This document shows positions 56,770 through 64,000 of a stretch of DNA of 64,000 nucleotides, piece by piece. Source of the DNA: a virus; the IMG/VR virus record IMGVR_UViG_3300030117_001886, positions 16,251-80,250 of that record. One strand, given 5' to 3'. How positions within the stretch are numbered: position 1 is the stretch's first letter; each line of letters begins with the position of its first letter. The notes under the pieces are model-generated. The model saw only the letters and a program-made list of their open reading frames with translations, ran no database searches and was not told where the DNA came from. A program made the translations under genes and the position numbers.

Positions 56770-59700
56770 ATGCCAGCAAAAAGAAAAAGTAAAGATCCTA
56801 AAGTTGGGACTGGTAAAAAACCAAAAGGTTCTGATAGAAGACTGTATACTGATGAGAATCCCAAGGATACTGTAGGTATAAAGTTTGCCACACCTGCTGA
56901 TGCTAGAGCTACTGTAGCTAAGGTTAAAAAAATAAATAAGCCTTTTGCTAGAAAAATACAAATCCTTACAGTAGGCGAACAAAGAGCTAAGGTTATGGGC
57001 AAGTCAGAGGTTGTTAATATATTTAAAAAAGGTAAAGAAGCCATTCGTAAACAAAATAAACAAAAGAAACAGTTAGGTGGCTTAGACGAGAATAACATGC
57101 CTATAGGAACAGATATAGGACAATCATATCTGTCTACAATACCTAAGCCACAATCTGTAAACATACCAGTATCTGACATAAGTAAGCTTGCTACAAGGGG
57201 ATCTCAGCTTATGCAGCTAGAGTCTGACCTTGGTGCAATATCTGGTACACGCCCTCTTACAATAGAAGAAGCTCCTGAGTTATATAAAACTAATTTTAAC
57301 ACTGATACTAAAAACTTCTGGAATGCTTTGATGAAGAAGTATAGTGAGTTTAGAATATTAGGAGCAAAAGATAGATTAGGTAAACTAGCTGTGCAAATGG
57401 CTGAGTATAGTAATTCTTTAGAACTAGTAGAACAGTTATATGGTAGTAATGATATTACACTAGATGAAAGGAATGTACTAAATAAGGAAATAACTGATGG
57501 TAAATTATTTAAAAAGAGCGACAAGGTGGGTCCTGGTGCTCAAGTGCTTAACAGAATATTAGGACTACGCTACGATCAAGTTTCTCCACAAGATATACAA
57601 AACTTTGTAAATACTACATACTCACAAGGTTTACTTACAGCTGAAGATTTACAAAGAACTACAATAGATGAATCTGTAACTATGGAATCTATGCTTGAGA
57701 AGCGTAGAGAGTTACAAGAGGAGATAGAGGGCAGAGAGTCTAAGATGGATAGAAGAGCTAAGACTCTTGGCGAAGACTATGCTCTTAGAACTAAACTATC
57801 TGAAGCTAGGGGAGAAACTGCTGGGGGAGACGTGTTTGGTCAGCAAGATTATTTTGAGTATCAACTTGCAGATGATTTAGCAGGTATGGTGTCTACTTGG
57901 GAGGGTATGGCAACTTCTATAGCAGGAGCAACTATACCAGCAATTGTTAGAAATGTATCAAAAACAAAAGACCCTAGAACTGCTTTAGGCCTTACAGCGG
58001 CAGAGATTGCTACTATAGCGTACGGACAGTATTGGAGTAGATCTGCAGAAACATCTATGGAAGTAGGTGAGGCTTATGAGCAGAAGGTGCAACAGCTTAT
58101 GAAAGATAAGCAAGAGGAAATAAAGAAAAGCGGATCTACTAGACCTCTTACACAAAAAGAAACAAATGACATTTATATACAAGCCGCTGACGGGCTTGAT
58201 GAGTTGAGAGATAAAAACATGACTCTTGGTGCAACTGACCTTGTACAGTTTGCTTTAACTTTTGGTAGAATACCTGGAATGAAATGGGCTGGAAACACAG
58301 CTATAGGTAAAGTATCTCAAGCTGCTAGATCTAATCCTTATACCAGAGTTGGGTATAACCTTGGAAGGTATGGGCTAGCTATAGGATTATCTAGACAGTT
58401 AGAAGGTATGGAAGAAGGTATGCAGTATCGTTGGATGGAGGATTACATGGGTAATCATAACATTGGCGATGCAGGATTCTTTCCTCATGCAGCTGAAGGT
58501 GTAAAAGATATGGCTAACTACTTTGGTATGGTCACTGGCATCAAAGAGAAGGACAAGATGTACAACACACCTGGTATGCAAAATGCGATACAAGCAGGTA
58601 AAGATATGGCAACTGTAATGACAGGAGCTGGTCGTGCTCATAGAGGTATTACAGATCAATATCATTATAGGGTAGCGTTAAATGCGTTGGGAGAGGATGG
58701 TAAAAACTACGACGCCTTAGAAGCTAGCAGAATAAAAAGAGAAGCACTACTACCGTACTTTATAAATGGTAGAACAAAATATTTACAGGACGCCTTATAC
58801 AGAATGGGTAGTAAAGGCACTATAGATGGGTTTGATAAGGATGCAGCAATAGATGCAATCAAGGAAATAGATCAATTAAAAAATGACTATAACAAAATCT
58901 TCGATAAGAGGTCTCCAATAGGGATCTCTATCGCTGGTTTTGAGTATGACATATTAAGAGGAGCACAAATATCTCCACATACACAATATGATAGAGGATT
59001 TGTATTTAATAATGTATCCGATATACGATCTCAGGAAAAACTATTAGAAGACCTTAAGGGACAAAGAGATACGCACCTGTCTAACAAAAGTGAGCTTGCA
59101 GACTTTTTTGTTGATGATGCCTTAACGGACGCTCAGAAACAATCTATAGAGCAAAAACTTGCACAACGTGGTATAAATGCTACGCCTGTAGATCTACTAA
59201 TAGAAGAGTTAGAAGCAGATATTGCTAGCAAGAAACAAGACAATGCTAATATAGGTACAGGTGATTATACATTTGCTGCAACTCCTGGACTAGCTCCTGG
59301 TTTATATAAAAGAGAAGACTTTGATGCACTCTTTATACCAGATAGAAAAGGTAAACTAGCAGGCGGTATTCTAAAACAAATACAAGATTTACAGAAAAAG
59401 AAGTTAGATTCTCAAACGCAGGTAGAAGGTGCTCCTGCATTTACTGAGGAGGATCAACAGTTGTTAGATAATCTTATACTAGCTAAGAATAAATTAGAGT
59501 ATGAAGCTGCTTTTGAATATTTTGGCAAGCAAAGACTTAAGAATAAAAACAGAATAGCTAGAGCTGCAGCTTACGACACGCTAACTAGACTTATATCTAT
59601 ACTAGAAAGTAGAGGAAAGGAAGGGCTAAAAGAAGTTTTACCATCTATACTGACTAATAATACTAAGATGGATCAGCAAACTATTGAAGAGATAGCTCAG

Positions 59701-62700
59701 CTTGCAGATCAAATTGTTACAGATAATCAAAAAGCTGTTGAAAGATCTGGTCAAATAGAAGACGAGATAGATACTTTACTAGGTATTGATGGAGAGATGA
59801 CTGAGGCAGAGCTTGCAGATCATGATCGTTTATTAAAAGAGAAGGAGCAGACGGGTTTAAGTACAAATGTTCAAGAGTTAGAAAGACTTCGCAAAAGAAA
59901 AGAAGCTGATAGAAAGTCTAAAGAACTTCGTAAAGAACAGCTTGCTTTAAATGAAAGTATAAAAACAGGGTCGCAAATAGCACAGCAGGCACAGAATTTA
60001 TTAAATCGTTTAGCAAAAGATAATACAGACCATCTACTAGACGATTCTAACTATACACCTAGCACTAATGAGTCGTTGGTAAGAGATGTAGCGGTAGAAG
60101 ATATTAGTAATGAACTTGCAAAAATTGCTGCAGAGTTGCAAGATAACCCACAATATGCTAACCTTGATAGGATAGATAGTGCTCTTAATGATTTAGAAAG
60201 ACGTATAGCTATATTTGGTTTGCGTATAGAGGATACTGAATTACAATCAGAAAAAGATTTATATGAATCTGTAAAGCAAGAATTAGAGGGGCTGTTACCA
60301 AGTGCATCTGAGTTAAGAAGTATTATAGAACAAAATGCTATAAGTAGAGGAATAGCACAACTAGAACTAGAGGGTGATGTAGTTACTCAAATGCTTGCAC
60401 CTTTAGGGTTGGATGCAGAGTTTAATGTGGTAGAGGAAGGTCTTAACAAAAAGTTACAAGATGTAGTATCTCAAGAGCAAATTGATTCTGTAATTTCAGG
60501 TGTTCAGTCGGGAGAGATTACTGATAAAATAATGGCTGCACAAATTCTACTGGACCTGTTTAAAATAGGTCTTAATGAACAGCCTGGATTTAAAAATGAT
60601 TTAGTACAGGATATACAAGGAACTATAAAAAGTTTAAAACTTGGTTTAGAGAATCAGTTTAGAGGAATGCAAAAAGCAGGGGGTAATGCATATATAAAAG
60701 ATCCTGCAAATAACTTTCCATCAATATACTTTAACTTTCTAGGCAGAGAGCAGAAAGATCCAAACAATGCTTACTTTAAATATCAGGACCATGTAAGTGA
60801 GCCTAAACTACTTAGAGAGCTTAAGCAGCAAGGCATAATGCCTGAGATGCAAAAACTTCTTGAATTACATCTATCAGTAAAAACATTAGAAAACTTCCTA
60901 AAAGAACTTGAGTCAGATGTAACAGCTGCTACTAATATACTAAATGAGAAACAGTTAGTTGATAATAAAAGACTTACATACCTACCAACAAAACAACAGA
61001 TCAATGCTGTAAGAGAGATTGTATCATTCTTGTACACTCCGCTAGCTAAACTAAGCAAAGGTAAGAAGGGTCTAGGCAGTGTCTCTGCGCTTCTACAAGG
61101 GGCTGCGGGTACAGGTAAAACAAATATAGTTTTAAAAATGGCTATTCAAATGGCAGGTCTTGCAAACAATCAGATCTTTGCATTTGGACATAACGATAGC
61201 TCATCAGAAACTATAAACAAATCTCTAGGATTACCTACAAATACAATTGAAAAGTTCTTATCTGATGATACTGTAATATATGATGCAGTTAGATTACTTA
61301 TAATTGATGAAGCGCCTGGTATATCTACAGAACAACAATTGCAAATACAGCAAAAAGTAGAACAAATAAACGAGGGTAGAGCAGCTGGTGATAAGCTTAG
61401 AGTTATACTAGCAGGTGACCCTGCACAAATTACACAAGATGGATCAAACAGACCACTTGCTACTAGTCAAATCGAGTTTAACTTAGCTAAAGTTATTACG
61501 CCTGTTACATCTTTATATAGAAGTGATAACCCTGCAATTATAGATTTCCAAGATTCGTTCAGAAGAAGAGTAGATATTCCTACAAATCGTATAATAAATG
61601 TACGATCAACAGGTGTAAACTTTAAGACAGCTGATGAAACGCAAGGCATGCTATCTGGTGTTATTGGTTTAGGCGGCAACATGAAAGATGAGATTGTAGA
61701 AAGACTTATGAAGTTAGAGGATGCGGAGGCAGGTCCTAGAGCTATCATTACAAATCCATCTAGGGTAGAAGAGTATAGAGCTTTCTTAGAAGCTAATAAC
61801 ATAAAGAAGACAGAGGTATTATCATATATTGATGCACAAGGTAGAACTCTAGAAGAGGTATACATGGACATAAATGCTGCAGACTTTGCGGATGAAGCAG
61901 GACAGATAGATGGGGAAGCATTCAATAAAGCATTGTACACAGCTGCTTCTCGTGCAAGTAGATTGGTAATAGCATCTGGTCTAAACATTGTAAATGCTGT
62001 AGATGTAAACTTAGATAACTTGTCATCAGGATTATCACAAGAGATAAGTGATAGAAATGATCAGTATATAACTGAAGTAAATGCAAATGCAGAGTTTATC
62101 AAAATGTTCCCACAACTTGTAGAAGATGTAGATCCTGGGCAAGTAGTAGTTACACCTACAGAAACCCAGTCTCCAGAAGAGGCACAGAAAATTGTGGATG
62201 AACTATTTCCACTTGAAGAAGAAGGTGATCCTTTAGGAATAGACGATAGAGTAGAGTTTGAGTTAGACGACGCTGATGTAGATGTTAATCTAGCTGAGCA
62301 AGATGTAGAGTATCAAGAGAATAAGTTTGATACAGGCGGACAATCTATCACGTACAAAGGTAGAAAAGAAAAAGGTAAACCAAAGTCTGATGCACTATAC
62401 TACCCAGAGTCCGAAGCATTATTAGAAGACATAGATTCAGGCGGTCAGGCTATAGCTCCTATATCAGAAGATATGGGTGTTATGTTTGTAAAAGTAGACC
62501 GCGATGGGCAGTCTGGTATTGCAGTTATACAACAAGCCTACAGAACAATGTCTGATGGTACAGCAGATATAAGCAGACCTATACAAGATACATATAAAAG
62601 AGTTGCGGTAATAGGGCTAGATGAACTTGATACAGGACTAAGCTTCCTGTCTAACCAAGAAAAAGAGGTACTAAAAGCTGCACTACAAAGTGATGATCTT

Positions 62701-64000
62701 GGCGCTAGGTTTATACAGTTTGGTACAAAGAATGCTAGTACTGTAGAAGATTTAGATGGTGATGTTGCAGCCTACAATTTATTAGCAGGCTTTAGAATAC
62801 CAAAAGGTGGTACACAGAGATTTAAATTTAAGTACAAATCTGCAAAGAGGGTAAGAGGCGAAGTACGTGTACAAAATCCAAACATTTGGGCCCAAGACAA
62901 TAGAGGTGTAATAGATAGAGTAAAGCAAAAGTTTTTGAGCGGTGCTTATACAGATTCTCAACCGCCTAAAAATCCTAATGCAATTAGTTTTGATCTTAAA
63001 GTATTTACAAGAGAGGATATAAATAATGCAGCGGTTGCTATGCCTGAGATGTCCTCAGAGTTAGTAAAGAACTTACAACCAGGTAGACCGTATCTTGTTA
63101 TAAGTAATGCAGAGGTAAAGAATGGTGAGCCTAAAACATATGCAATAGAGCTAAGACCTAGACCTATATCACCAAAGATACAATCTGACTTTGATAGATT
63201 TTATGAACCTATGCTAGTGTTTATACGAACTATGAAAGAGCTTGAGCAGATACTACAGGCACCATACGGGTCAAAAGGATTACATCAACTTATTGTACCT
63301 GGTAAGAGATCTGAGGAGCAAATGCAGGAGCTTATTGCAGCTAGACTACAAGAGATAGGACAGCCTCAATTGTTACCACAAGCGCTAGAGCTTAGAGATG
63401 AAATACTAATGTTACGTTTTGAAAAGCGTAATGAGAAAGGAGAGCTTACAGGTATAGGCCCTGCACAGAAAGCTATTAATAGATTGGGTGTTTCCAATTC
63501 TATGTTAAGAACTGTTAGGATGACTAAAGATGGTAAGCGTGCAGTTCCAAGAAGTCTTCTTACATATTTAAATGAGCAAGAAGAATTAGACTCTATGTCT
63601 AATAGAAACAAGTTTACTATAGAGAGGTTAGAAGATTTGTTTGACCCAAATGTAAACTGGAACAACGGTGGTGTAGGTCAAACCGGTCTATATTTACCAA
63701 TCCCTAACTTTGCTGTATACAAGAACATAGATCAGTATATGGAGCAGATAGAGCAATCATTAATAGATATACTAGAAGAGGTTGAGCCTAGTAAGATTAT
63801 ACTAGAAAGACCGGGCAAGCCTAAACCACAGAAGGCACCAACAAGACAGGTAGAAAAGAAAGAAGATAATATTATCATATCTGATGAAGAGCAAAAAGAG
63901 GCTGATAATATTATAGGAGGCATAGAGTTAGACTATAGAGATAACAACAGCGGGTTAAAAGGTGAGAAAATTACTAGACAGAAAGCACTAAATTTACTAA
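56770..64000 (+). CDS. Giant virion cargo protein (>2400 aa, runs off window) with SF1 helicase domain
   Basis: Not in the ORF track because it has no stop in the window. Starts MPAKRKSKDPKVGTGKKPKG; SF1 motifs GAAGTGKT, LIIDEA, AGDPAQ, YRS, AQGRT and LYTAASRA lie at about 61090-61960. Confidence 0.85.
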   Translation, partial: MPAKRKSKDPKVGTGKKPKGSDRRLYTDENPKDTVGIKFATPADARATVAKVKKINKPFARKIQILTVGEQRAKVMGKSEVVNIFKKGKEAIRKQNKQKKQLGGLDENNMPIGTDIGQSYLSTIPKPQSVNIPVSDISKLATRGSQLMQLESDLGAISGTRPLTIEEAPELYKTNFNTDTKNFWNALMKKYSEFRILGAKDRLGKLAVQMAEYSNSLELVEQLYGSNDITLDERNVLNKEITDGKLFKKSDKVGPGAQVLNRILGLRYDQVSPQDIQNFVNTTYSQGLLTAEDLQRTTIDESVTMESMLEKRRELQEEIEGRESKMDRRAKTLGEDYALRTKLSEARGETAGGDVFGQQDYFEYQLADDLAGMVSTWEGMATSIAGATIPAIVRNVSKTKDPRTALGLTAAEIATIAYGQYWSRSAETSMEVGEAYEQKVQQLMKDKQEEIKKSGSTRPLTQKETNDIYIQAADGLDELRDKNMTLGATDLVQFALTFGRIPGMKWAGNTAIGKVSQAARSNPYTRVGYNLGRYGLAIGLSRQLEGMEEGMQYRWMEDYMGNHNIGDAGFFPHAAEGVKDMANYFGMVTGIKEKDKMYNTPGMQNAIQAGKDMATVMTGAGRAHRGITDQYHYRVALNALGEDGKNYDALEASRIKREALLPYFINGRTKYLQDALYRMGSKGTIDGFDKDAAIDAIKEIDQLKNDYNKIFDKRSPIGISIAGFEYDILRGAQISPHTQYDRGFVFNNVSDIRSQEKLLEDLKGQRDTHLSNKSELADFFVDDALTDAQKQSIEQKLAQRGINATPVDLLIEELEADIASKKQDNANIGTGDYTFAATPGLAPGLYKREDFDALFIPDRKGKLAGGILKQIQDLQKKKLDSQTQVEGAPAFTEEDQQLLDNLILAKNKLEYEAAFEYFGKQRLKNKNRIARAAAYDTLTRLISILESRGKEGLKEVLPSILTNNTKMDQQTIEEIAQLADQIVTDNQKAVERSGQIEDEIDTLLGIDGEMTEAELADHDRLLKEKEQTGLSTNVQELERLRKRKEADRKSKELRKEQLALNESIKTGSQIAQQAQNLLNRLAKDNTDHLLDDSNYTPSTNESLVRDVAVEDISNELAKIAAELQDNPQYANLDRIDSALNDLERRIAIFGLRIEDTELQSEKDLYESVKQELEGLLPSASELRSIIEQNAISRGIAQLELEGDVVTQMLAPLGLDAEFNVVEEGLNKKLQDVVSQEQIDSVISGVQSGEITDKIMAAQILLDLFKIGLNEQPGFKNDLVQDIQGTIKSLKLGLENQFRGMQKAGGNAYIKDPANNFPSIYFNFLGREQKDPNNAYFKYQDHVSEPKLLRELKQQGIMPEMQKLLELHLSVKTLENFLKELESDVTAATNILNEKQLVDNKRLTYLPTKQQINAVREIVSFLYTPLAKLSKGKKGLGSVSALLQGAAGTGKTNIVLKMAIQMAGLANNQIFAFGHNDSSSETINKSLGLPTNTIEKFLSDDTVIYDAVRLLIIDEAPGISTEQQLQIQQKVEQINEGRAAGDKLRVILAGDPAQITQDGSNRPLATSQIEFNLAKVITPVTSLYRSDNPAIIDFQDSFRRRVDIPTNRIINVRSTGVNFKTADETQGMLSGVIGLGGNMKDEIVERLMKLEDAEAGPRAIITNPSRVEEYRAFLEANNIKKTEVLSYIDAQGRTLEEVYMDINAADFADEAGQIDGEAFNKALYTAASRASRLVIASGLNIVNAVDVNLDNLSSGLSQEISDRNDQYITEVNANAEFIKMFPQLVEDVDPGQVVVTPTETQSPEEAQKIVDELFPLEEEGDPLGIDDRVEFELDDADVDVNLAEQDVEYQENKFDTGGQSITYKGRKEKGKPKSDALYYPESEALLEDIDSGGQAIAPISEDMGVMFVKVDRDGQSGIAVIQQAYRTMSDGTADISRPIQDTYKRVAVIGLDELDTGLSFLSNQEKEVLKAALQSDDLGARFIQFGTKNASTVEDLDGDVAAYNLLAGFRIPKGGTQRFKFKYKSAKRVRGEVRVQNPNIWAQDNRGVIDRVKQKFLSGAYTDSQPPKNPNAISFDLKVFTREDINNAAVAMPEMSSELVKNLQPGRPYLVISNAEVKNGEPKTYAIELRPRPISPKIQSDFDRFYEPMLVFIRTMKELEQILQAPYGSKGLHQLIVPGKRSEEQMQELIAARLQEIGQPQLLPQALELRDEILMLRFEKRNEKGELTGIGPAQKAINRLGVSNSMLRTVRMTKDGKRAVPRSLLTYLNEQEELDSMSNRNKFTIERLEDLFDPNVNWNNGGVGQTGLYLPIPNFAVYKNIDQYMEQIEQSLIDILEEVEPSKIILERPGKPKPQKAPTRQVEKKEDNIIISDEEQKEADNIIGGIELDYRDNNSGLKGEKITRQKALNLL

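Noticed and set aside
52202-63923. Minus-strand ORFs such as 52202..53041, 56739..57179 and 61467..61988
   Set aside because: Antisense shadows of long plus-strand cargo genes, with no motifs.
1-64000. Stop-codon reassignment (TAG or TGA recoding, known in some crAss-like phages)
   Set aside because: Genes are full-length and densely packed under the standard code. TAG and TGA end genes at sensible boundaries (for example 16850 and 24355), and no suppressor tRNA was seen.
56770-64000. Calling the giant ORF the virion RNA polymerase
   Set aside because: No convincing DxDxD catalytic motif in a double-psi beta-barrel context was seen in the visible part; it may lie beyond the window.

Overview
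This window is 64 kb of an AT-rich lytic dsDNA phage genome with crAss-like (Crassvirales-type) gene content and order. The host is most likely a Bacteroidota/Flavobacteriia bacterium, based on TAnnTTTG promoters, Q-rule signal peptides and a type IX secretion C-terminal domain. The minus-strand arm (1-13684) is a replication module: rIIA-like GHKL ATPase (cut by the window edge), PD-(D/E)xK nuclease, primase, SSB, Sak4-like ATPase, DnaB, SF2 helicase, a stand-alone DnaA domain-IV protein, family A DNA polymerase and small early genes. The strand switches at about 13.7 kb. The plus-strand arm carries small basic proteins, GroES, HU/IHF, terminase, portal, scaffold, major capsid, tail and fibre genes, a secreted/outer-membrane cassette, lysis genes, a muzzle/tail-stabilisation protein and three large cargo proteins. 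The last cargo ORF (56770 to the window end, over 2400 aa, absent from the ORF track) contains a complete SF1 helicase domain. The main unexplained signals are: (1) a promoter-driven, ~340-nt, multi-helix non-coding RNA candidate at 14051-14389; (2) a recurring 'basic-[YFMKAL]-x-x-GG' motif that delimits small basic modules in seven probably virion-internal proteins, suggesting a polyprotein-processing or capsid-targeting system; (3) a phage-encoded T9SS cargo plus beta-barrel plus CxxC-less thioredoxin cassette; (4) a second structured intergenic region and a self-contained 21-aa membrane-peptide transcription unit. The genetic code looks standard. No tRNA, rRNA, CRISPR array or integrase was seen. 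All family assignments come from motif recognition, not database searches.
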